From Macrostomum lignano (taxonomy: Eukaryota), in contig NIVC01000073.1 of NCBI GenBank assembly GCA_002269645.1, positions 1-64,000 of the forward strand: a stretch of DNA of 64,000 nucleotides, given 5' to 3'. The notes under the pieces are model-generated. The model saw only the letters and a program-made list of their open reading frames with translations. It searched no databases and was not told where the DNA came from. Each line of letters begins with the position of its first letter. Position 1 is the stretch's first letter. Positions 1-12,300 of this stretch are shown in pieces. The position numbers and the translations under genes were made by a program.

Positions 1-1381
1 TAAAAGCAGAAAATGATTTAAACTTACTTACCAAACACTAAAAACGGATTTAATTAACTGTCATGCCTTCGTCACTAATTCAGAAGCTCCTACTAATTAT
101 ATCTGCATAAAACTTGCTCGACTCATAATTACATGTACCTCTTTACAAAACATTTACTTGTAATCCATGTACATGTAACCTTCATCATTTTACTATATAC
201 TGTATTTTAGCTGCGCAGAAGCAAAGCTGAAGCTGAGCAAATATTTTACTTTGAACATGAAATGTTACAGAAGAATGTCACAAGGATTTCATGGAAAGAG
301 AAAACGACAAATGCCTGCAGGTTTGCAGAAATGTTTAGGAGGCATTTGTAAAGGATCGAGAACAGTGATGCAGTGGTGGAGGAAGCTCGTGCATGACTGC
401 ATCTAGGTGCGCCCCCAGCCAAGACGGTTACGGTAAAGAAGAAGCTAGCTGAGAAAAATTTTGAGCACAATGTGTCACAGTTTACCACGTGTATCAGGCG
501 CCGTAATGCAATAAACCCCCCTATTTCAAAATCACATACTACACTACGTCATAATACATACTAAACAGTTAACTGTAATTAGCTAGTGAAACACATGCGT
601 TTTTATTTGCATCTTCATGGATGTAGATAATTTATAGACTAGGCGGTAACTCGACTAAAAACTCGTAAAAGACCCCGGCCGAGTTCGCGTCATTTTTACA
701 CGGAATTTTTCCAGTCAAGCTTCATGCACAACCCCCAATATGCAACCTTCATGTATTACTGTTTATGCTGGTCCTTTCGAAATTCACAATCCCAAATTTG
801 GGATAGCATTTAATGGTAGACTTCCGCCATTGCTACGGATCAAGGACTACTAAACAACTCTTAACAATAGTCCTTGGAACGGATATGGCTACGTACATGT
901 ACGGGAAGTTACGGAGGTTTTAGACAAAGCTGCACATTTACAGATAATATATTGGTTACGGGGACATATGTTTCCCATATCTAGTTCCTGGAATTTAGGA
1001 TTCAAGCAACAGCTAGGGATTTTCAATGCCATGTCCACGTTTTTTTTCACTTTGAAAGGAGAGCTCTAAAGTCTACTTGCCATTTGGGGTGGGGAATTTC
1101 TGAGGTTGTATTCTGGTTTTGGCTCTCTTTTTTGAAACAATAAATTTGAAACGTGCGAATTGTAACTATCACCCATCAGTAACCTATTTAAACAAAAGCA
1201 ACCTTGCACACCTCACGTTTTATCAATTTTTATCAGTAATAATGAAATCACTCATATTTTTAATTTTTATTATTTTCTATGAAGTATTGTTATCGTCATA
1301 ATCTCGGTTTTATCTTATCATGGTGCCTCTCACGCGCTTCGCTTTTGCGACAAACACCACCAATGATCGCGATAGGTCTTC

Positions 1382-1435
1382 GTAAGTGCTTCAGCTTGAA
1401 ATTTAAGTTTCTTTACTTTTCTTTACAAAATAAAG
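1382..1435 (+). other. Possible 54-nt 5'-UTR intron of MTHFD1
   Basis: Consensus GTAAGT donor, pyrimidine tract and AAG acceptor 48 nt before the ATG; CCAAT nearby upstream. No transcript evidence. Confidence 0.3.
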
Positions 1436-1482
1436 TTCTTCATCAATCAAAAGCTTTTTTCGGCTACACTACAAAAGTCAAC

Positions 1483-1517
1483 ATGGCAAAGCTGATTTCA
1501 GGAAAGGATATTTCTGC
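1483..1517 (+). CDS. MTHFD1: MTHFD1 coding exon 1 ([12 protein letters not shown], phase 2)
   Basis: AACATGG start context and GC|GTAAGC donor; matches the N-terminal 'ILNGKEISA' of C1-THF synthases. Confidence 0.88.
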
Positions 1518-3216
1518 GTAAGCTATTTGTAGTAGTAATATACTATAGCATAGCCTAAATACCTAATACTCTTATTTTAGTATCTTATGACACTTATTAA
1601 TAATTTTTGTCAGCAGGGATGTACCCAAGGCGGGGGGACACTGGGGAAATGTCCCCCAAAATTTTTTACAGCTTTTTTATTTTGCTTTTCAGTTTTTATT
1701 TCTACGTTATGCATGCATTAAAGAAATAGATTGATGTCTCATGTCTCTGCCCCCCCCCCCCTGGCTGATATAAATCCTTGATTGGCTTGAATCCAGGCTA
1801 CATGCCTTAGCCTGTTTGTCAGGATTTTATTTTAAGATGTCAAGATATCAGGATTAAGATAGGTTCATGTCCAATGTAAAAATAGGCCTAGGCATATGCC
1901 GCATATATAGGCCCTATAGGCCCTATAGGCCCTGGTTCCTGGTATAAGGGTTAGATAGGAATAGGTCAATAGGACAGAATTTTATTTTTATTATTTGCTA
2001 TAGGATTAGTAGGTAGGTAGCAATTTTAATTTTTAAGAATCATTTGCTAAACTTAAAATTGTACTAATTATAACTGGAGTTTAGCAATCAATTCTTGATT
2101 CTTGAATGCCAATAGAGCCTATAGGCCTAGTCTAGCCTAATTGTGAATTTCATTCGAATTTTTAGGCAATAATATAAGCCCTATAGGCCTAATCTATATT
2201 AATTACAGTCCTACCTAGTAATGTGCTAGTTTTTTTTTCTTATAAACAACAAGCTGTTGATACCCGCGGATTTTGAACCCAGGGAATTCCAATCCCTGGA
2301 ACTGAGAATCCCCAGAAATTCTGAAATCTAAGGCCATACACAAACAAAAACTTGTTAATAGTTAGTAGGATAGAGGTAGACATAAAATGGACATATTGGT
2401 GTAAGGATTTGAGGCAAACATTGATATTGTTGGCTGGGGTACTGCACAGAATGTCAGGCAATGTCTGTCTGACTTTAAAACATGTATTGGCAAACTCTGG
2501 CCTCTCCCTGACTCTCCCTATGTCCATTGGATCCTTTAAAATTTCTATCGTCTCTTCTGTTTCCTTTCTTCTCTCTCGTCCCTCGTCTCTCCTCTCTCCT
2601 CTCTCTTCTCTCCTCTCTTCTCTCGTATCTTCCCTCATCTCTTCCTTATTCTTTTCTCTCTCCTCTCCTCTCTCCTTTCTACTTTTCGTTTTCTCTCCTC
2701 TCCTCTCCTCTCTCCTCTCTCCCATCTTCTTTCGTATCCTCCCTCATCTTTCTTCTCTTTCATATCTCTTATCTCATCTCTTCCCTCTTCTTTTCTCTCT
2801 CCTCTCCTCTCCCCTCTCTACTTTTTCGTTTTCTTTCTCCTCTCCTCTCTCCTCTCTCCCCCTCTTCTCTCGTCTCTTCCTTCTCCTCTCTATTCTTTTC
2901 TCTCATATCTTAACTCTCTCCTCTACTCTCTCATCTCTTAACTCTCTCTTCTACTCTCTCATCTCTCCTCTCTACTCTTTCCTCTCTCCTCTCTCCCCTT
3001 TTCTCTCGTCTCTTCCCTCACCTCTTTCCTCTCTCTCTTTCCTTTTATCTCTTTTCTTGTTTTATCTCTTCTCTCTCCCCTCGTCGCTCGTCTCTTCAAT
3101 CATTTCTCTTCTCTCTTGTCTCTTCCCTCACCTCTCTTCTCTCTCGTCTGCTCTTTCATCTCTCCTTTCTCTTCTTTTATCTTTTCTCAATTATCTCTTC
3201 TCGTTTCTCTTTGCTC

Positions 3217-3310
<94 letters not shown>

Positions 3311-6300
3311 TTCTCTCTCTCTCTTTCTCCCTCTCTCTCTCTTTCTCCCTCTCTCTCTCTCTCTTATCTCTCCTCTCCCATCTATCTTCTCCTCTCTTCC
3401 CTCTTCATTCTCCTAATTCCTCTTCTCTCTCCCTGTCTCTCCTCTCTCTCTAGTCTCTGTAATCTCTTCTCTCTTATCTCTCCTCTGTTCTCTCTACTCT
3501 CCCATCTCTCGTCTGTTCACCCTCATCTCTGCTCTCTCATCTGTCATCTTTACTCTCTTATACGTTCTCTCACTTATCTCCTCTGTACTCTTCTCTTCAC
3601 CTCTTCTGACTCCTCTCTTTCCTTACTCCTCTCTTCTTTTCTCTTCTTTCTTCTATACTCTCTCTCCTCTATTATTTTCTCTCGTCTCTCTGCACTTTCC
3701 TCTCACCTTTTTTATCTCTCATCTTTACTCTCTCATCTCTCCTTTAATCTGTCTCATCTCTACAATCTCATCTCTCCTTTCTCCCCTCTTCTTACACCCC
3801 TCTCTTATCTCTATCTCGTCTCTCTGCACTTTCCTCTCACCTTTTTCATCTCTCATCTTTACTCTCTCATCTCTCCTTTAATCTGTCTCATCTCTACAAT
3901 CTCATCTCTCCTTTCTCCCCTCTTCTTACACCCCTCTCTTATCTCTAACTCTTTTCTTCTCACTCCTCTCTCCCCCTCTTATCTCCTCTCTTCTCTATCC
4001 TTTCTACTCTCTCCTCTCTAATCTCTCCTCTCTCTTGACCCTCTGTCATCTTCTTTCTGCTCTCTCATCTCTACTCTCTTCTCACTCTTCTCTACTCTCC
4101 TCTCATCGATCCTCTGTCTCATCTCTCCCCTCTTCTCACATTTACTCTTTCCTCTCCCTCCTTTCTCCCCTCCTCTCGCTTCTTCCTCCCTTCTTCTCTG
4201 CTCTCTCCTCACCACTTGTCTCTCCTCTTATCTTCCATGTTTTCTTTATCCCCCTCTCGCCTCTCCTCTCTTCTAATAGTCTATTCCTTCTCCTTTCCAC
4301 TCTCATCTGGCCCGCACATAAGCTGGATTCTTTATCTGGCTTTTGAAGTAAAAGTCTGCCGATCCCTGCTTCGAAAGCCAGTTTGTGGGACGTACTACTC
4401 TCATCGTTGTTCTCATGCTTTGATCACGTCATCTTTCTTGCCAATTTGCAGCCCTGAAAGGAATTTTTATATTTTCAGCTCCACTGCAGTCTGCATCAGT
4501 CTAACAACCAAGGAAATACGCATTTCTTAGGAGGCCATTTAAAATTTACACACTACTTTTAAAAGAAACCTAAAATTTCCATGGGTGTGCCTAATTTAGT
4601 AGGTTTTATTGCATTGTGCATTGCATCGCATCGCCTTTTCATAAATCTTTCGCTTTTACAAACCGCTTTTCGCTTTCGCTTTTTTGCTGGATTCCCTCGA
4701 TTTGCCAATTGCCATCCACTGTTAAACTGCTGCAGAGTTTGCCAATACAGAGGAGGGGAGGGCAGTGATTAGAATTTCTCACTAATTAAACTGTTATGGC
4801 TAAACGTAGCCTCTCCACTCTCGGGGTGCGAGAAGGCTATAAAAAAAGTTATTCCAAAACACTGTACATTCGCTATGTACATTGAGCCCTATCGCCTGAT
4901 CATTCGTCTGGGGGAATGAGTTGGATGAGCGGCAAACAACAGAAAAAGCAGACAAACTTCACATGCTTACAGTTTCTTTTTCGGTTGAGTTAGAGTTGAA
5001 ACTTTACATTTAGATAGAGAATGAGTCAATGAAGAATTGTGTCAAGTTTGAAGTCAATCCCTTTACGTGGAGCAAACTTATGGGAGCTGAAAGTTAGTCA
5101 ATTTTGAAACCCTTTTACACATCTGGGCCCAGATCGGTATCGGGAAAGAGAGGCAGGCGGGCGGAGGTTGGGTGGTTGCTACGCTGAGAAAAACAGCCTA
5201 ACTTTAAAAGTGCACAGCGGCTTTCAGGATTAACTTTGAGATTTGAAATTTTATACAATTGTGCCAAAATAGTTGAAGATTGTCTGTGTCAAATTTGAAG
5301 AGAATCGGTAGAAGTGGAGCGGCGCTATGGAGGATTTAGTGAAAAAATCGCGCATTTTGAGCAGTTTTTTGTACTTTTAGGTAGGAAGACTTGAGTCTAG
5401 GAAGTTAAAAGGTAGCCTAAGACATTCTCCGTAGTAAGTTTAGGGTGGGTGTAAAGTTTGGTGTCATTTGGTTGAGCGGTTTGGGAGTCCATAGCTATCA
5501 AAATTGTCCACACACAGACAGACAGAGTTTTCATTTTTATATGTAGAGATAAGATGTTGAAACCTATAGATTTTGAACTCTGGGAATTCTAATGCTTAGA
5601 AACTATTTTTTGCCTATGTTCTAAAATCTAAAGTCATACACAAACAAAAACTTGTTAATAGTTAGGACTTTTTAGTATATAGGATAGAGATTGAGGTAAA
5701 CATAGAATTGAATAAAATTGTTAAAATTAAGATTTGTAGCAAGCATTGATCTCATTGGCTGGGGTGCTGCATAGAATATCAAGCAATGTTTGTTTAAAAC
5801 ATGCATTGGAAAACTCTGACCTCTCCCTCTGCCTCCATCACGTCTCTTGGATCCTTTGAAACAATGAAACTTCCATCTTCTCTTCTGTTTCCTCTATTCT
5901 CTCTTGTCTTTTGTCTCTCCTGCTATCTCTTCTCTTCTCTCTTCTTTCCTCACTTCCCTCTTCTCTCGTCTTCTCCCCTCTCTTCTCTCTTGTCTTTGCT
6001 CTCTTATATCTCCTTTCTCTCTTTCTCTTTTATCTCTGCTCTTTTATTTCTTCACATTTCTCTTTTTTCTTGTCTCTCTCATCTCTCTCATCTCATCTTC
6101 CCTGTTCCTTCCTCTCTCCTCTTTCTTCACTCTTCTCTCCTCTCCTCTCCTCTTTCTTCTCTTCTCTCCCCCTCTCTCTCTCTCCCTCTTATCTCTACTC
6201 TCCACTTTCCCATCTCTCTTCTCTCTACTTTCTCCCTTCTTTAATTCTTCTCTTTCCTCTCCCCTCTCTCTCTTCCCTGTTTATCAATTCTCTCCCCTTT

Positions 6301-9300
6301 TTCTCCTTACTCCACTTCTTTCTCCCTTTTGTCTCTCTTCTCTGCTCTCACATATTTCTCTTCCCCCTCTCTCATCTTGTCTCCATAATCTCTTTCTCCT
6401 CTGTTCTCTTTACTCTCCCATCTCTTGTCTGTTTACTCTTGTCTCTGTTCTCTCATCTCCCCTCTCTTCTGTCAACTTTACTCTCTTATACATTCTCTCA
6501 TCTCTTTCATCTATACTCTTTTATTTCACATCTTTGACTTTGACTCCTCTCTTTCCTTTCTCCTCTCTCTCTTCTCTCTTCTATATACTCTCTTCCTGTA
6601 TTCTTTCTACTCTCCTCTCTCTTCTTCATCTCTCATTTCTCATTTCTCATTTCATCTCTCTCATCTCTACAACCTTATCTTTTCTCTCTTCCCTTTACTC
6701 TACTGTCTCTCCATTCTCTTCTTTCCTCTCTCCCATACATGCGCAACAGTCGGCCAAGTCGGCCGATCCGGCCGACCAATTTGGCCGCCAACAAGGAAGT
6801 CGCAAAAATGCCCACCCAAAAAAATAACCAAGGAGTAGTACTAAGTAGCTGACGAGGCATTTTGGCTTAATAAGACGATCATAGTTACTCCTGCCGTTTA
6901 CCCAAAGTTGCGTTAATTTTGCTTTAGGGTTTTTTTACATGTAAGTCGCATTTTTGGCCAAAAACTACGTCGCATTTTTGTTAAAACTAAGTCGCATGGC
7001 CGACCGAGTTTCGGAGGTTGCGCAAGTATGCTCTCTCCTCTCTGCTTTCCTCTCTCAATCCTGTCTTATCTCTTCTCTCTTCTTTCTGTTCACTCATCTT
7101 CACTCTCTAATCTCTACTTTCTCCTCTCTCCTCTCTCCTACTCCTCTCTCCTTATCTCTACTTTCCTCTTGCTTCTCTCGCCCTCTCTCTCTCCCTCTTC
7201 TCCTTCCTTCTTCTCTCCTCTCTTCTCCCACCTCACTCTCCTCATCCTCACCCCTCATCATTTGTTTCTCTTTTTACCTTCTATCTTTTCTTTTATCCCT
7301 CTCGCTGCTCCTCTTTTCTAATTGTCTATTCCTTCTCCTTACCACTCTCATCTGGCCCACACATGAGCTGGATTCTTTATCTGGCATTTGAGGTAAGTCT
7401 GCTGACCCCTGCTTCAAAAGCCAGTTTGTGGAACGTAATAAGTAACTCATGATTTTTCTCATGCTTTGTGGCCAATCACGTCATTTTTCTGGCCAATTTG
7501 CAGCCTTGAGAGGAAGTTGCATATCTGTATCTTTGGCTCCACTACAGTCTGTATCAGTCTAACAACCAAGGAAATATGTATTTCTTAGGAGGCCAATTTT
7601 AAATTTACCTTTAGATAAAACTTAATAGTAAAATTTCCATGGTATGACTTGTATTGCATTGCATCGCCTTTTCATAAATCTTTTTCTTTTATAAACCATG
7701 CTGGATTGCCTTGATTTGCCAATTGCCATCCACTGTTAAACTTCTGTAGAGTTTGCCAAAAAAGAGGACAGTTGTTAGAATTTTTCAAATTTTTCTAACA
7801 ACAAAAAAAGCAGACAAACTTCACATGCTTACAGTTTCTGTTCTGAATGAGTTACAGAGTTAAAACTTTACATTTAGACAGCAAATGAGTCAATGAAGAA
7901 TTGTGTCAAGTTTGAAGTGAATTGCTTTACATGGAACAAGCTTATGACAGCTGAAAGTTTGTCAATTTTGAAACCCCTTTTGCACATCTGGGCCCAGATT
8001 GGGAGAGGCAGGCAGGTGGAGGTTGGGGTGGCTGTCTTGCTGACAAAAACAGCCAAAAAAAGATTAACTTTGAGACTCAAAATTTTACATGATTGTGTCA
8101 AAATAGTTGAAGATTGAGTGTGTCAAATTTGAAGAGGATTGGTAGATCGTCTTCAAGCGGCGCTATGGAGGATTTAGTGAAATAATTGTGCATTTTGAGC
8201 AGTTTTTGCACTTTTAGGTAAGAAGACCTGAGTCTAGGAAATTTTAATATAGCCTAAGACACTCTCTGTAGTAAGTTTAGGGTGGGTGTAAAATTTGGTA
8301 TAATTTGGTTAAGCAGTTTAGGAGTCCATAGCAACAAAATTGGCCATAGACACTTATACAGAGTTTTCATTTTTATAGGTAGAGATGCTATAAAGCCAAA
8401 GAATAACTAATATATCTAAAAATTGCTACCTTTCTAAATTAAGAATTAACTATTCTATAAAAGTTAAAGCCAATGGAAAACAAACAATTACTCAGTGACA
8501 AATTTAGGAAAAGAGGTCAAAGGGGTCAATTCACCCTCTTTGGGAAAATCCTAGATTTGTTTCTTTTTAAGTTTCTAGTTATAAAAATCTATCATTTTTA
8601 GTTTTATATTTTCTATCTATAGCTGTCTTTTGTCCTTTTTTAATATGATAATGATGATTCTAATTAGTATTTATTCTTTTTTGTTTGTGATTATGAGTTA
8701 GCAATTATCTAATCAATATAAAATTTCTTTTTAGTGATGTAAAATCTGCTATCAAGACTAAAATTGATGAAGTCAGACAAACTGTGCCCAACTTTACTCC
8801 AGGATTAGCAATTGTTCAGGTTGGTTAGTTTGCTTTGTAATTGTATTCTTTTTTATTTAATTTTATCAAATTCTTAATTTATTATAAAGAACTAAATTTC
8901 GAATAGCTACAATATGTTGTGCATTCCTAGACACATTTCTTAGGATTTAGAATTTTTTAAAGTTTAGTTAGATAAATAAAGTTCCAAAAATTCATTGCAA
9001 TCCTTTAGAAGGTTACAGAATTACAATTAGAATCTTATTTAAGATTTACTACTTGCATAAGCATCACTATAAGCCTTAATGGATTGTTCACTTCAAATTA
9101 ATGAAAAATGAGCAAGCCATTAGATCATATTTATATGTTTATCCCATTTGATTAGAAATAGAATTGGATCTTAATCCACAGGTCCTAGGACCTAGGATCC
9201 TGTTTCTAATTAGCTGACGAGGCATTGATTATTTTAAAAAACGCCATAGTTACTCTTGCCGTTGACCTACGCTTGTTTCTTTGATAAATTGAATACAAGA

Positions 9301-12300
9301 CAAGTTACCTCTTATCACCAATATTGAACTTATAATTATTCTAATCTAATTATTTCATCAACAATGTGAAGGTTGGCGATCGTCAAGACTCCAACGTGTA
9401 CATTGGTCAGAAACTGAAATCAGCCACTGAAGTTGGCATCACCGCTAAACACGTGAAACTTGGCACCGATATTAGCGAATCCGCTCTGTTAACTATTGTC
9501 AATCAGTTAAACGAAGATCCCAATGTCCATGGGATTATTGTCCAGCTGCCATTGGACTGCAACACTGCTATTGACAGCGATCTGGTTACCAATGCCATCG
9601 CTCGAGAGAAGGACGTTGATGGCCTGGGCGTTGTCAACGCTGGCAGATTGGCCAGGGGCAACCTGGACTGCTTTGTGCCCTGCACACCTAGGGGATGCCT
9701 TGAACTCATTCAGTCTCCCAGGTAGTCATATTCTTTTAGGAGTAATTAATAATAGTGTACCTCATTAATCTGTCTTTATAAACCTTCACTTCATAATCCT
9801 TCTAGTGCCTTCATAAACCTTCCCTTTATAATCCTTCTAGTGCCTTCATAAACCTTCCCTTCACAGTCCTCATACTGTCTTCATAAACCTTCCCTTCACA
9901 GTCCTCATACTGTCTTCATAAACCTTTCCTTCATAGTCCTCATGGTGTCTTCATAAACCTTCCCTTCACAGTCCTCATACTGTCTTCATAAACCTTTCCT
10001 TCATAGTCCTCATGGTGTCTTCATAAACCTTCCCTTCATAGTCCTCATGGTGTCTTCATAAACCTTCCCTTCACAGTCCTCATACTGTCTTCATAAACCT
10101 TTCCTTCATAGTCCTCATGGTGTCTTCATAAACCTTCCCTTCACAGTCCTCATACTGTCTTCATAAACCTTTCCTTCATAGTCCTCATGGTGTCTTCATA
10201 AACCTTCCCTTCATAGTCCTCATGGTGTCTTCATAAACCTTCCCTTCATAGTCCTCATGGTGTCTTCATAAACCTTCCCTTCATAGTCCTCATGTTGTCT
10301 TCATAAACCTTCACTGACTAATTAGTGATTTACAATTATGATTGCAGAGGAGCCGGACTGGCCTCTCTTGCCGGCGTCTCGGCTGTAGTTGTTGGCCGTT
10401 CAAAAATTGTTGGCTCACCCATGGCCGAACTGTTAACTTGGCATCACGCCACTGTGACGCTGTGCCATTCGAGAACTAAGGATCTGGCTCAGGTGAGTGT
10501 TTGAGTCTTGATTGTATAGCCATTCTGTCCTCCACTTCTCAGTTGTCTTCTCCTGTGTGTGCGCGAAGATTGGCCTGTTGAGCTGTCGTGCGACTCACAG
10601 CCGTAAGAGCCATCAACCAAGGCCCAGAGAGTGTAGGGGATACCTGCCAGACAGATTAGAAAGTCAGAGGACCTCTGTACACCCTGTGAGGACTGTGAGC
10701 AGAATTGCCTCACCGCTGGTGTGTGGGACGATGTCGCCGAAAGTGCCCGCCCATCCAGGGATTATGAGTTGCTTTCCCCGAGCCAGGCACCACCAAACTG
10801 GAGGAGCACCAAGGTATCTGCCTACTGTCCATCGCCGCGAAGCTTTTCAACCGGCTTCTGCTCGCCCGGCTGCAGCCCGTGCTAGATCCATAGAACGGCT
10901 TTCGGCCAAGGCGAGGCACCGTCGCGCAGATACTGGCCCTTCGGCGAGTCATCGAGGAGGCCCACACGCGCCTGTCGAACCTGATCGTGGTCTTCGTTGA
11001 CTTCAAAAAGGCCTTCGACTCGATCGCCAGAAGCGCGCTTCCGCTGGTGCTCAGAGCGTACAACGTACCGCAGCAACTGGTTAATGCCACGATGGCGCTG
11101 TACCAGAACACCAGAGCTGCGGTGGTGACCCCAGACGGCCTCTCGGACACCTTCGATACGTCATCCAGTCCAGCACTCCAGGGGGACACGCTGGCGCCAT
11201 TCCTGTTTGTACTGGTGCTGGACTGGGTGCTGCAGATTGCTTTGCCCACGGCCGAGGACGGCTTCCTCCTGCAGCACCGTGTGGGTCGCCGCCAACCAGA
11301 GCGCCGACGTCAGCTGGACCGGCTGGTTGGCGTTGCTGGGAGCGTCGGCCTGGTGGTCAACACGCAGAAGACCGTCGTGCTCACCACGCAATCCGACATC
11401 CAAGCCGACATCTTCTGCCGAGGCGCCGATGGGCAGGCGACGCCGCGGACTCGCCTGGGCGGCCTTCAACTCTGTGAGGACCGTCCTACACTCTGCGGCC
11501 CTGCCAGACCGCCAGCGCTCGGCGCTGTTCCAGGCGGTGATCGAGACCGTCCTGCTTTACAACGCCGAGACATAGACGCTGACTGAGACGCTTGAGCGGC
11601 AGGTCGATGCGGCCCACGCCAGCCTGCTGCGCGCCGCCTTCAAGATCGGCGGTGGCGAGCACGTCTCCAACGCGGCGCTGTACGCCCGAGCCCGCCTTGC
11701 CCGCCCCGGCGACCTGCTTCGACGCCGTCGGCTCCAGCTGGCAGAGGCCACCTTATCCGCGCCGAGACGTACTGCCCCAAGCCGGCGCTAACGCTTCCAG
11801 CGCCCCTTCGGCGGTAGGGCAGGCGCGTACGCGGCGGTACCGGGACTGCCTGCTGGCCGACGCTGGCGCCCCCGACCAAGCCAATGGCCCGGCCTTCCTT
11901 CGCTCCCGCGCTCTGAGGCGCACCCTGTGCGCCCACTGCTGACTCTGGGGCGTAACTTGTTGTTGTTGTGTTTCGCCGTTGAGGTGGCACTTATTAACTT
12001 ATTCGGGATGCAGTTAATTCGGTCAGACAATATAGTTATGTTGAGAGTCTTCATGCACTGCTCTTAGCTCTCTAGACTCTGGTCATTCACAGTTTTATTG
12101 GCCTGCTCAAAAAATCCAGCCAAGCTAGTAGAAGTTTCCAGTTTGAGTACTTTGAGATAAAATAATTTCTGCTTGACGATATGCTTAGATACGAGTATTG
12201 TGTAATACTAAGCCCGGCCCTTGCTATCGGTATCTTGCATGCTAGATCAGAGTTTGTCTCTTGAGATTAAGATCTCATGGCGGCCTGGAGCAGAGTTGTA

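Larger units (their letters stand above)
5850..7340 (+). repeat. Second CT-rich polypyrimidine tract, interrupted by a MITE
   Basis: Same composition as the first tract and at the equivalent position in copy B. Confidence 0.93.
5551..8385 (-). mobile_element. Non-autonomous Helitron-like element, copy B (diverged, head-to-tail with A)
   Basis: Shares ordered blocks with A (CATACACAAACAAAAACTTGTTAATAGTTAG; CTCATCTGGCCC...; AAAGCAGACAAACTTCACATGCTTACAG; CAGAGTTTTCATTTTTATA.GTAGAGAT). Confidence 0.55.

Noticed and set aside
211-500. Exon-like, purine-rich stretch after a TTTTAG acceptor (LRRSKAEAEQIFYFEHEML...)
   Set aside because: It has two in-frame stops and no recognisable family; possibly a decayed transposase, but I cannot support a call.
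6840-6903. Annotating the 28S-like segments as rRNA genes
   Set aside because: They are only 53-70 bp, diverged, and lack flanking rDNA; reported as derived fragments instead.
2240-7391. Leu/Ser-rich and Arg/Glu-rich ORFs of 100-350 aa
   Set aside because: Produced by CT-rich low complexity; no domain signal.
12254-12279. Faint resemblance to the 18S rRNA 5' end (TTGTCTC..AGATTAAG..CATG)
   Set aside because: Only three short blocks with indels; compatible with chance.
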